This document shows, in pieces, positions 29,473 through 38,827 of a stretch of DNA of 64,000 nucleotides. Position 1 is the first letter of the stretch. Each line of letters starts with the position of its first letter. A program made the translations under genes and the position numbers. Where the stretch lies: the NCBI GenBank assembly GCA_030765185.1, contig JAVCDE010000026.1, forward strand, positions 108,007 through 172,006, read 5' to 3'. The notes beneath the pieces were generated by a model. It had not been told where the DNA came from, searched no databases, and worked only from the letters and a program-made list of their open reading frames with translations. Source of the DNA: Candidatus Aceula meridiana. Its GTDB lineage: Bacteria > Omnitrophota > Gorgyraeia > Zapsychrales > Aceulaceae.

Positions 29473-30246
29473 ATGGAAGAGATCAAAACACTCGAACAAC
29501 AAGCTTATGAATTTCTTGCCCAAAAAGATTATGATAATAGCTATAAGGCTTTTCGTCAGGCAGCAGAAGGATATGAACAGGAAAAGCAATTAAGTCAGGC
29601 AGCTTTGTGTTTTGCATCGGCAGCCAGCAGCTGGACGTTGAAGTTCGGCGAAGAGAATTTTCATCGTGCGGCTGTTTGTTATGAGAAGGCAGCTTTTGCG
29701 GCAAGAAAATCCGGCGATTTTAAATACGCTGCGCTTCTTTATAAGCATGCAGCGGTTGTGTATGAGAGGGATTTAGAGTTCTTAGATTTTTCTGAGTGTT
29801 TTTTTAAATCTAAAGAATGTTATCGGAAATTCTTAATTTTTAGTTTTTTAAAGCCAGAGCGGGCTTACAGCTTGACTTCCGGAGAAGGAAACAAGGGCGC
29901 GAGCGGGTTTTTCAAAAGACTTGTATCCTTGGTGGGCTTAAGTTTTTCTTCTCTTGTTTGGGGCCATGGCGAGAGGCCGGCACGGACATTTTTTTCAGGA
30001 TTCTTTTTCGTTGTTTTAGCTGCTATCTTTTATACCCAAGGGGAACTTATTAAAGCCGGGCTTGTTTTCAAGCCAGATTTCTTTGAGGCTTTTTATTTTA
30101 GTGTGATTACTTTTACAACTGTAGGTTATGGTGATATTACACCTATCGGGATCAACAAACTTATTGTGCTTATCGAAGCCTTCTCAGGGCTTTTTATCGT
30201 TCCTCTTTTTATTGTAGGCTTGTCGAGGAAGTATCTGCGCTTTTAA
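29473..30246 (+). CDS. TPR/SNAP-like helical repeat fused to a two-TM potassium-channel domain
   Basis: Ala-rich helical repeats; WGHGERP; YFSVITFTTVGYGDITP selectivity filter. Confidence 0.8.
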   Translation: MEEIKTLEQQAYEFLAQKDYDNSYKAFRQAAEGYEQEKQLSQAALCFASAASSWTLKFGEENFHRAAVCYEKAAFAARKSGDFKYAALLYKHAAVVYERDLEFLDFSECFFKSKECYRKFLIFSFLKPERAYSLTSGEGNKGASGFFKRLVSLVGLSFSSLVWGHGERPARTFFSGFFFVVLAAIFYTQGELIKAGLVFKPDFFEAFYFSVITFTTVGYGDITPIGINKLIVLIEAFSGLFIVPLFIVGLSRKYLRF

Positions 30247-30254
30247 ATGAGGAC

Positions 30255-30284
30255 ATGCTTTACGGAATAAATGACGTAAAGCAT
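30255..30284. terminator. Hairpin at the end of the operon
   Basis: ATGCTTTACG-N10-CGTAAAGCAT perfect 10-bp stem. Confidence 0.5.
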
Positions 30285-30548
30285 AAATCCGAATTTACCC
30301 TCTCTGATTTGGCCAAGGGTGAGCTTGCTTTAATACATATTCTGCTATAAATACTCTTCTTATTTATTCTTACTAATCTAAGTATAAAAGGTAACGCTTT
30401 CTTTTTAGCCCTTTAAACTCCTTATATTTCTTATTATATATATTATACTTATACGGTCAGGGTGAATTTTTAGCCTTTAGGTTAAGAAAATTTCTCACAA
30501 GCAGAAGCTTAAAAGTTTCTATTTGGGGTAGATAAATGGTAGGGAATT

Positions 30549-33500
30549 ATGATGAACAAATTTATAAACCAAAAAAATTTCCTTTATAAGGTAATCTGCA
30601 CGGGTATGATTTTTGTCTTCTTCATGGCGAGTTTGCCCGGGGAAGCTTTGGCCCAAGCGTCAAGTATTTTAGGCTTGCCTCAAGTCGGAAGTATAGTCCC
30701 CTTAAGCCCGGGATTCACTCCTCCCATTATTCGCGGAATGCGAGTCTATCCTAACAATCCACTCAAATTCGACTTCATCGTTTATTCGGGTGATTCTGGG
30801 CTTCAAGGGGATTTATTAAAACAGGAGTCTGAAAAACTTATTCGCTACTTTTTGGCCTCTTTAACCATCCCTGAGGATGACCTTTGGGTCAATCTCTCTC
30901 CTTATGAAAAAGACCGCATTGTACCTGATGCTTTGGGCCAGACCGAAATGGGCCGTGATATGTTGGCTCAGGACTATCTCTTAAAACAAGTTACAGCTTC
31001 GCTAATTTATCCAGAAGACGACTTAGGAAAACAATTCTGGCAGAAAATTTATAAGACAGCTTATGAAAAATATGGAACAACTAACATTCCTGTAGATACT
31101 TTTAACAAGGTTTGGATTGTGCCGCAAAAGGCTGTGGTTTATGCGCGTGGAGATAGAGCGTTTATTACAGAAAGTAAATTGAAGGTAATGTTGGAAGAGG
31201 ACTATTTAGCACTAGCGAATAACGGACAGGTTGCAGCGGATAGTAATCGTAAGAATATTGCTTCTCAAATTATTCGTGAGATTGTTATCCCTGAACTTGA
31301 AAAAGAAATAAATGAGGGTCAAAATTTTGCGCAGCTACGACAGATTTATCATTCTCTAATTTTAGCCTATTGGTTTAAGAATAATTTAAAAGATGCCATT
31401 TTAAACAAACTGTATTCAAGTCAAGAAAAAATAAAAGGTGTTGATGTTAAAGACAAAGACATTTCAAAGAAAATTTATAATCAGTATATTGCGTCTTTTA
31501 AAAAAGGCGTTTGTAACATGATAAAAATTGAGTATGACGCTTATGCCAGAAAGAATATTCCTCGTAAATATTTTTCTGGGGGCCTTGGACTTTTTGGCAA
31601 GAACTTGAAGGAAGCAATTAGCTTCGAAAGCTCTCCATCGGCAGAATTGGCAGAATTTGTTGAAGAGCAAAGCGTCGGGGCAGGATCTAATATCATTGCT
31701 GAGACAATGATATCTAATTTTAAAGAATCTTCAAAGCCAACCTTAGCAGAAGGAACTATCTCCTCAAGCGCAAGCCCCACAAGCTCGAACGCTGCCTTTC
31801 CAGAAACACGCACCTCACCTTTAAAAATGAAGGCGAAAGAGGGCATGCCTATTCTCCTTGACCATATTAAGAAGTTACAAGCTAAGAAGAATCAAGATTT
31901 TAAGGGCCGAAAAGAGGTTTTTAAATCAGAACAAGAAAAGACAGATGAAGGCTCTTCTTCTGCTATTCTCGTCGACGGATGGGTTTCGATTAAAGGGGAG
32001 AATTATTTTGTAGAGAAAGTAATTAGCCGAGAAAAACAGGAAGCCTTGGCCGGAGAATGGGATGAGCTTCAGCGTGATAAGATTAATTTAATTTTTAAAG
32101 GAAATAATTGGGTTAAAGCCTTTGAAGATTATCCGAATGGCGACCTGATCATCATTCGTTCTCAAGAAGGAAAACTTTTGGGGATGGTTTATTCTCATGA
32201 TGAGGATGTTAAAATTTTTAAGAAATTAAACCTAAAAAGAAGCACGATGGAGGGGCGAATTACTCTTATTGATTTGATTGAGGTTTCTGAAGGCTATCGT
32301 GCTCAGGCAAAGATGGAAGAGTTGGAAGTTAAAGGGGGCGGCTTGGGGCGTGCGCTGCTTGCAAGAGTGATTGAAGAAAGTTATCAGAATAAATCGATAG
32401 ACGAGAGTCTAAAGGGCCTTATTGCGCTTGTCCCTAACTATGGTGATACTTCAACAGGATTTTATAAAAAAATTATAGGGTTTGGGGATGCTTTTATTAA
32501 AACCAAGGCAGGAGTTAATGCGTGTTTCCTTCTTGGTAAACAAAAAGCTCAAGAAGTGCTTTTAAAAGCCAAAGAACAAATTGGAAAAATAGATTCACCG
32601 TTTGATTCTTTTCAGACAAAAAAAGACATTGTAACTGAAAGACAATATTTTCCTAAAGAAGGGTTAGCCATAGCTGAGCGTGAAGTGCAGTATGATTCCG
32701 GCACGCAATGGGTTATTGTTTATTTAAACAATCGCCCGGAGGGCATCCAACCTAATCGAGAGCTGCGCATCGGCCCGAATCATTTTTTAAAATATGTAAA
32801 GACTAATGAAGAAGCTTATTTAGAAGTATTCGAAGGCCCGATTGGCTCTGAAAAAAGCACAGCAAAGTATTATATTCAAGGAGAAGGCGATGAGCTAGAA
32901 GACGTCATCAGTTCTTCAGGGATTTTAAACGACATTAAGAAGTCTTTAAGCAACTTAAAAACTCCTTTAAGCACAATTATTCCTCGCCTTGCTAAAGAAG
33001 GATATGTTACTTTTGATGAATTATTCGAGAATGAAAATTTTAAGAAGGATTTTAATTATTTAAAAATAGCATTAGAAAATCAGCCCCGTATAGTTTTAAA
33101 AGATGTTTATGCTCAGCAGGTTTTTGCCGATGATTGGAACTCTGTTAGAGGCGATATTATGGCGATATTATTTGAGTCCATTATCGAAAAATCCTGGAAA
33201 GACGGTAAAGATGAAATTTGCCCTCTGCCTGCAGGTGAATTTCTCGAAGCATTGAAGCAGGTTGAAAAAGAAACGCAAAAAGTCTTTACGCGAAAAGATT
33301 CTACGGTTTTTGTCATTAGAAATGATGAGAAGATTGTTGGATTTATTCGAGGGCAACCGCTGACTTTAAGCCAGCGGTTTAAAATATTTTTCTTAAAAAT
33401 TTTACAACAAAAAAGCTTAAAAGATATCAGCTTTCAATGGAACAAATATTTTTATCTTGGGGAGAGTTTTATCCTCGATAATTATCAAAGAGGGTTAGGT

Positions 33501-33998
33501 ATAAAGCTCTTTCAAGAGATCAGAAAAGTAGCGCGACGCCAAGGCTACAAATATTTTATTACAAACACAGCTAATCCAAAGCTAGTAGATCTTTATCAAA
33601 AAATTGGCACTGAAATTTTAAAAGACCAGGAGCAAGGAGAGCATTATTTTGCTATTGCCATAGGCGATGAGCTTCTTTCAAAGGCTGCCCTTGGCGATGC
33701 ACGCAAAGGAAAATCTTCCTCGGCGGCTAGCTCCTTCCCCGGCAGTGTTGATCTTAAAGATAATTCCGTCATTTCCAGTCCTGGTGGTATCGATCTTAAA
33801 GGTGCGGATAGTTTTATTGAAACCCGTGGTGAGGGGATTGAATTTGATGTACCTCAAGAACTCTTAAATATGGACCCAGCCCAAATTACAGGTTTTATGC
33901 CGGTTATTATTAATATTATTCCGGTTACAAATTTCTCAGCCTTGCTGGGCCTTTCAGAAGCAGAAGAATTTCAGCTAAGTCAGCTAAGAGAGACCTGA
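30549..33998 (+). CDS. Large exported modular protein with GNAT-like cargo domains
   Basis: Signal peptide (ALA-Q), ~350-aa N-terminal domain, SSS(A/G) linkers, two GxG GNAT-like segments, C-terminal PGGIDL motif. Confidence 0.8.
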   Translation: MMNKFINQKNFLYKVICTGMIFVFFMASLPGEALAQASSILGLPQVGSIVPLSPGFTPPIIRGMRVYPNNPLKFDFIVYSGDSGLQGDLLKQESEKLIRYFLASLTIPEDDLWVNLSPYEKDRIVPDALGQTEMGRDMLAQDYLLKQVTASLIYPEDDLGKQFWQKIYKTAYEKYGTTNIPVDTFNKVWIVPQKAVVYARGDRAFITESKLKVMLEEDYLALANNGQVAADSNRKNIASQIIREIVIPELEKEINEGQNFAQLRQIYHSLILAYWFKNNLKDAILNKLYSSQEKIKGVDVKDKDISKKIYNQYIASFKKGVCNMIKIEYDAYARKNIPRKYFSGGLGLFGKNLKEAISFESSPSAELAEFVEEQSVGAGSNIIAETMISNFKESSKPTLAEGTISSSASPTSSNAAFPETRTSPLKMKAKEGMPILLDHIKKLQAKKNQDFKGRKEVFKSEQEKTDEGSSSAILVDGWVSIKGENYFVEKVISREKQEALAGEWDELQRDKINLIFKGNNWVKAFEDYPNGDLIIIRSQEGKLLGMVYSHDEDVKIFKKLNLKRSTMEGRITLIDLIEVSEGYRAQAKMEELEVKGGGLGRALLARVIEESYQNKSIDESLKGLIALVPNYGDTSTGFYKKIIGFGDAFIKTKAGVNACFLLGKQKAQEVLLKAKEQIGKIDSPFDSFQTKKDIVTERQYFPKEGLAIAEREVQYDSGTQWVIVYLNNRPEGIQPNRELRIGPNHFLKYVKTNEEAYLEVFEGPIGSEKSTAKYYIQGEGDELEDVISSSGILNDIKKSLSNLKTPLSTIIPRLAKEGYVTFDELFENENFKKDFNYLKIALENQPRIVLKDVYAQQVFADDWNSVRGDIMAILFESIIEKSWKDGKDEICPLPAGEFLEALKQVEKETQKVFTRKDSTVFVIRNDEKIVGFIRGQPLTLSQRFKIFFLKILQQKSLKDISFQWNKYFYLGESFILDNYQRGLGIKLFQEIRKVARRQGYKYFITNTANPKLVDLYQKIGTEILKDQEQGEHYFAIAIGDELLSKAALGDARKGKSSSAASSFPGSVDLKDNSVISSPGGIDLKGADSFIETRGEGIEFDVPQELLNMDPAQITGFMPVIINIIPVTNFSALLGLSEAEEFQLSQLRET

Positions 33999-34113
33999 GC
34001 CTTCCAGATGATTCAAGTTTTAGCACAATAATATTAATATAAATATATATATTTAATAAGAAAATAATGCTGATATAATATTTTTATCATATAAAAAATT
34101 TTAATAATTCCTG

Positions 34114-36069
34114 ATGAAAAAATCTTCGTTTTATAAAAGCTTCTTCCCACTTTGGGCCTGTGTTTTATTTTTTTGTTTTTGGTCTAGTGTCCTATCATAC
34201 AAATATCATTGCCTGGGATATACAGACTGGGACCTCGCCTTGCATTCTCAGACAATGTGGCAACTGACTCAAGGGAGTTGCTTTAATTCTCTTCTGGGGT
34301 GTAATTTCTTAGCCAACCATCTTAATTTTATCGCTTTTCTTTTTGTGCCCATTTACAAAGTTTTTCCAAGCCCATTGACACTACTTTTTCTCAAAGTTTT
34401 ATCGTATACCATAGGAGCAGCTGTTCTTTATAAAATTTCTGAGAAACACAACGGTCCTAATGTTGCAAAGTTTTTAATGTTGCTGTATGCGATTTTTCCT
34501 ATAACAATTTTTTCATTGAGCTTTGAGTTTCATTTTGAAAGTTTAGCTGTAGGATTTTTATTTTTAATGTTTTATTTCTTTGAGGAAGAGAACATCGCTG
34601 CTTTTTTTATTATGGCCTTTTTAACAGCTTCCTTAAAAGAAAATATGCCTTTGATATTAATAACTTTTGGTATCTATGGGTTTTTTGCGAAAAAAAGAAA
34701 AATGGTTTGGGGTTTGGCTTTGATTCTCTTAGGAATTTCTTTCTTTTATCTTGGAGTATTTGTTGTTGCTCCTTTTGCGCGTAAAGAGCTCCTTGTTCCA
34801 TATGTGTATTCTGCTCAATATCAACAAATCGGAGTTTCATCAGGTGGAAATTTTAATTTTTTAAATTTTGATATTTTTAAAATAGCGAAAATTTTGTTTA
34901 CAAAAAGTAATCTTAGTTTTTTTCTTAAAATGTTTGGCCCGTTGTTTATTGCTTTGTTTAGGCTGGACATTCTTTTTCTGGGAAGTCCGATTATATTGCA
35001 AAATATGTTGTCTTCTTCTTTTCAGCAGCAGACTATCTATTATCATTACACAGCGACCGTGCTTCCGTTTATTTTTATTGCAACAATTTTTGCGCTGAAG
35101 AAGTTTTCAAAAGTTTTAAAACGAAGGACATATGTGATTCTTTTTTTGTGTATTTTGCTGCTGAGTGCTGGGCGATTTTTGTTGTATGGCGTGAGCGTTT
35201 GGTTTCCGCGTATAAAGTATTGGAAAAACACCGATCAGCTTTTGAAGATAGTGATCTCGAATCCTCCTATTCAGTCTAATTTTCAATTTAATTATTTGGA
35301 CTATAAGAAGAAATTGATGAAAAGAGTTCCCAAAAAGGTTCCTGTTTTAGCAACGTTTGAATTTTTACCAGAATTCTCAAAGAGGCCATTTGTATATTCT
35401 TTTCATAACGTATTTGAAGGAAGAAATTATCTCACGGGTGATAGCTCATTTCAATTGTCAAACAATGTTCGGTATGCATTGATAAACTTCTATGATAGGT
35501 GGATGTCGATTATCGTAGATCGTCGGGGATATGAAAGAGCTTATCGATTTCTTGAAGACAACGACTGGTTTGTTTCGGAGGCTTTTGGGGACATTGTTCT
35601 GTTCCAAAAGGATGACCCCGAAAAGGTAAGACTAATCGAGAGGTCTCTTAAGAGCTTTCTTCCTAAAGAAGAGAATTCTGGTTTTTTTATCAGTGAAGAC
35701 TTTGAGTTGCTTAAATGCAAAACCATCCAGGTTCCGGATAACAATAAATTAGCGCTGACATTTTTTTGGAAGTCGAGAAGTCCAGTAAAAGACATATATT
35801 CGATGATATTTTTTATTGAAGGTAGCGATCCGACTATCGTTTATCCGCCGAGAGATATTGGTTATTCGGTGCATCCGACTTTAATGTGGGAAGAAGGGGA
35901 ATATATTAAAGAAAAGTATTGGTTGCCGCTTCCTGATTTAAAGCCAGGAAGTTATCGCCTTAAAGCGATTATTTTTAATATTAAAAATAGTATAATTTCA
36001 GATATCAAGAATTTAAAAACAAATAATGTTTCAAAAGAAATTATCGTAGCATCTTTTGAGATAGAATAG
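34114..36069 (+). CDS. DUF2079-type GT-C fold membrane protein with C-terminal Ig-like domain
   Basis: DWDLALHSQ, LANHLN, FEFHFE, LKEN, YHY motifs; many TMs; C-terminal W..GE...E.Y.L..P.L.PG.Y.L. Confidence 0.8.
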   Translation: MKKSSFYKSFFPLWACVLFFCFWSSVLSYKYHCLGYTDWDLALHSQTMWQLTQGSCFNSLLGCNFLANHLNFIAFLFVPIYKVFPSPLTLLFLKVLSYTIGAAVLYKISEKHNGPNVAKFLMLLYAIFPITIFSLSFEFHFESLAVGFLFLMFYFFEEENIAAFFIMAFLTASLKENMPLILITFGIYGFFAKKRKMVWGLALILLGISFFYLGVFVVAPFARKELLVPYVYSAQYQQIGVSSGGNFNFLNFDIFKIAKILFTKSNLSFFLKMFGPLFIALFRLDILFLGSPIILQNMLSSSFQQQTIYYHYTATVLPFIFIATIFALKKFSKVLKRRTYVILFLCILLLSAGRFLLYGVSVWFPRIKYWKNTDQLLKIVISNPPIQSNFQFNYLDYKKKLMKRVPKKVPVLATFEFLPEFSKRPFVYSFHNVFEGRNYLTGDSSFQLSNNVRYALINFYDRWMSIIVDRRGYERAYRFLEDNDWFVSEAFGDIVLFQKDDPEKVRLIERSLKSFLPKEENSGFFISEDFELLKCKTIQVPDNNKLALTFFWKSRSPVKDIYSMIFFIEGSDPTIVYPPRDIGYSVHPTLMWEEGEYIKEKYWLPLPDLKPGSYRLKAIIFNIKNSIISDIKNLKTNNVSKEIIVASFEIE

Positions 36070-36088
36070 AAAAGTAGAGGACGCCTGC

Positions 36089-36946
36089 ATGATAAGGTCT
36101 TTGCGTATTTATCAATGGATAAAGAATTTATTTATTTTTTCTCCTCTTATCTTTGGCCAAAACTTTTTTAATTTTGAAAAATTTCAAGCAACTTCATGGG
36201 TTTTTCTTGGGTTTTGTGCGCTTTCCAGCTGTATTTATATTATCAATGATTTTATTGATAAGGAGCGGGACGCTCAATCGCCTTATAAAAATAATATTTT
36301 TGTCCAACGCGGCGTTGTCAAAGCACGACCAGTGCTTTTTTTAAGCGGTTTTTTATTTTTGTTAGGATGTATATTGTGTGCGAAAGTGAATCAATCGGCA
36401 TTTTGGATAGGGATTGGTTATATAATTCTTAATGTTATTTATTCGCTATATGCAAAACAGTTTATTATTATCGATGTTTTTTTCATTTCTTTGGGTTTTC
36501 AAGCGAGGTTGTGGGCTGGAGGAGTTGCCTCTGGGATTTTTCCGTCTTTTTGGCTTCAGGCATGCATCTTTTGCCTCTCGTTATTTCTTGGGTTTGCAAA
36601 AAGGCGTAGAGAAATATATTTGCTAAAAGGGTTAGCTATTCACTATCGGGAAAACCTTTTAAATTATTCTGTTCGATTGTTAGATATTCTTCTTTTTGGC
36701 TGCGCAGGGCTGACCGCTTTATTTTATACAGCGTATGTCTTTTTATCTTTCTCCGCGAGGAAGATCAGCCCTTTTTGCATAAGGCTTTCTGTTGTTCTTG
36801 TGGTTGTTGGAATCATAAGGTATCTTTGTCTTGTTTATTCCGACAAGAAAAGAAGCGATCCAAGCGAATTGATTTTATCTGATATTTTTGTATTAAGTGT
36901 AATTATTATATGGGTGGCTTATATTTTTATTTTATTGTACAGATAA
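36089..36946 (+). CDS. UbiA-family polyprenyl-phosphate phosphoribosyltransferase (DPPR-synthase-like)
   Basis: LRIYQWIKNLFIF, YIINDFIDKERD, YSLYAKQ..IIDVF, SLFLGFAKRRRE. Confidence 0.85.
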   Translation: MIRSLRIYQWIKNLFIFSPLIFGQNFFNFEKFQATSWVFLGFCALSSCIYIINDFIDKERDAQSPYKNNIFVQRGVVKARPVLFLSGFLFLLGCILCAKVNQSAFWIGIGYIILNVIYSLYAKQFIIIDVFFISLGFQARLWAGGVASGIFPSFWLQACIFCLSLFLGFAKRRREIYLLKGLAIHYRENLLNYSVRLLDILLFGCAGLTALFYTAYVFLSFSARKISPFCIRLSVVLVVVGIIRYLCLVYSDKKRSDPSELILSDIFVLSVIIIWVAYIFILLYR

Positions 36947-36966
36947 AGACTGTTAAATCATAAAGC

Positions 36967-37680
36967 GTGGTAGCCGTGAGAAGAAAATTTTTATATGCGT
37001 TAATTTTATTTTTTTTAGCAGTTTTTTTATTTTATTCCTGGATGGATGATCACAGTCGAGGATTAGATATTTATTTTGTGCGCCATGCTGAAACAGTTGC
37101 CAATGCTACAGGTGATTATAATGCAGAAAACCAAAAAGAATTTACAAAAAAAGGATATAGGCAAATACAGAATTTGACAAGAATTTTAGACAAGATGTCT
37201 TTTGACCATGTTTTGGTTAGCCCTAAATATCGGACGAAAAATACAATTCTGCCGTATTTAAAGAAAAATAATTTAGTTGGACAAATTTGGCCTGAAGTGG
37301 CGGAATGTTGTTGGCAAGGGGATGAACATATGCCTGCCTCAGTGGGTATCCCTTTTGGGAAAATTATTAACATAAAGAAAGAAAACTTTCGTTTTTTTAA
37401 ACTTAGAAGTTCATCCGCGGATAGATTTTATAATCCTCAAACATATAGCGATGGAATAGAGCAAATAAAGAGGGCTTGTGAATTAATTGAAAGAAAGTAT
37501 TCGGGGACCGGGAAATCTTTACTAATTGTTAGCCATTGGCTCGCAACAAGCCGCATGCTAGAAATGTTCTTAGGGATAGAAATAAAAGGCCGTTTTAATA
37601 TTAAAAATGCAAAACTAATCCATTTGCGGAAAGAAGCAGGTGGAAAATATCGGCTAATGACAACAGTAGATGCTTTTTAG
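36967..37680 (+). CDS. Histidine phosphatase family protein with N-terminal membrane anchor
   Basis: YFVRHAET, SPKYRTKNT, LIVSH; RRKFLYALILFFLAVFLFYSW anchor. Confidence 0.85.
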   Translation: MVAVRRKFLYALILFFLAVFLFYSWMDDHSRGLDIYFVRHAETVANATGDYNAENQKEFTKKGYRQIQNLTRILDKMSFDHVLVSPKYRTKNTILPYLKKNNLVGQIWPEVAECCWQGDEHMPASVGIPFGKIINIKKENFRFFKLRSSSADRFYNPQTYSDGIEQIKRACELIERKYSGTGKSLLIVSHWLATSRMLEMFLGIEIKGRFNIKNAKLIHLRKEAGGKYRLMTTVDAF

Positions 37681-37690
37681 ATGATAAAAA

Positions 37691-38827
37691 ATGAATCAAC
37701 CTAAAATAGGCATTAAGACAATTGTTTTTTCACAGGCATCAGGAAGAGTCAAAGTTCTTAAGTTAATTGACTATTTTTTGGGAACGTTTGTAGCAACTAT
37801 TCTTCCGTCACAAGCAGTCTTTTTTAAGAAGCAATTTAAAGCATCAAGAATTTTGATTATTAGACCAGGAGGAATAGGGGACGCAATCTTTTTGATTCCC
37901 GCTATCAAAGAGATCAAGAAGCAACTATCAGGAATAGAGATTGATGTTCTTTGCGAAAAACGAAACAGACAAGTATTTTATCTTGAGAAAGATTTGGTAA
38001 GAAATATCTATTGCCGAGAAAAAATAAGGGATATGTGCGTCGTTTTTAATAACACATATGACGTTATTTTTGATTCTGAACAATGGCATTATCTTAGCGC
38101 GGTCTTCGCCTCTTTTTTAAAATCAAAAATAAGGGTTGGGTTTGCGACGCGCCCTTTAAGAAAAAAGTTGTTTAACTGTCGAATAGATTATGATGTTAAC
38201 GCCTATGAGTTGGATAATTTTAAGAATTTATTTGGATGCATTCTTAAAAAAAACGCAGGTCAGAAAGATATAAATAATTGCATCTCAATTGCTCAGCAAG
38301 AAGTCGTGCCAGCATCATGCCAAATATCAAGTGATTATGCAGTATTTGCCATTGGCGCAAGTATACCTGCGAGAAAGTTGAGAAGTGAGCAGATAAAGAA
38401 AGTAGTTAATATACTCATAGAGAGAAATCTAAATGTTGTTTTGCTTGGAGGGAAAGAGGCTGTCTCTTTAGGGCAATGCATAGATGAGTCTTTAAATGAT
38501 GAAAGGGTACATAACTATACGGGAAAGACTAGTTTAGCAAAAAGCGCTGATTTGATAAGAAATAGTAAGCTATTTATTGGCTCTGATTCAGGGATAATGC
38601 ATTTAGCGTGTGCTGTCGGGACTCCAGTCCAAGCAATTTTTGGTCCAGGCAATAAAAATAAATGGGGTCCACAAGGAGAAAAACATTTAATAGTCTCAAA
38701 GGGTCTAGAGTGCTCTCCTTGCACGGTATTCGGATATACAAACCCAACATGTAAGAGAAAATATTTATGTATGCAGGATATTGATATGAAGCAATTCTTT
38801 GATTCTATCAAAAGAATATTATGTTGA
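37691..38827 (+). CDS. Glycosyltransferase family 9
   Basis: IRPGGIGD, IGSDSGIMHLACAVGTPVQAIFGP, CSPC..C..C tail. Confidence 0.9.
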   Translation: MNQPKIGIKTIVFSQASGRVKVLKLIDYFLGTFVATILPSQAVFFKKQFKASRILIIRPGGIGDAIFLIPAIKEIKKQLSGIEIDVLCEKRNRQVFYLEKDLVRNIYCREKIRDMCVVFNNTYDVIFDSEQWHYLSAVFASFLKSKIRVGFATRPLRKKLFNCRIDYDVNAYELDNFKNLFGCILKKNAGQKDINNCISIAQQEVVPASCQISSDYAVFAIGASIPARKLRSEQIKKVVNILIERNLNVVLLGGKEAVSLGQCIDESLNDERVHNYTGKTSLAKSADLIRNSKLFIGSDSGIMHLACAVGTPVQAIFGPGNKNKWGPQGEKHLIVSKGLECSPCTVFGYTNPTCKRKYLCMQDIDMKQFFDSIKRILC

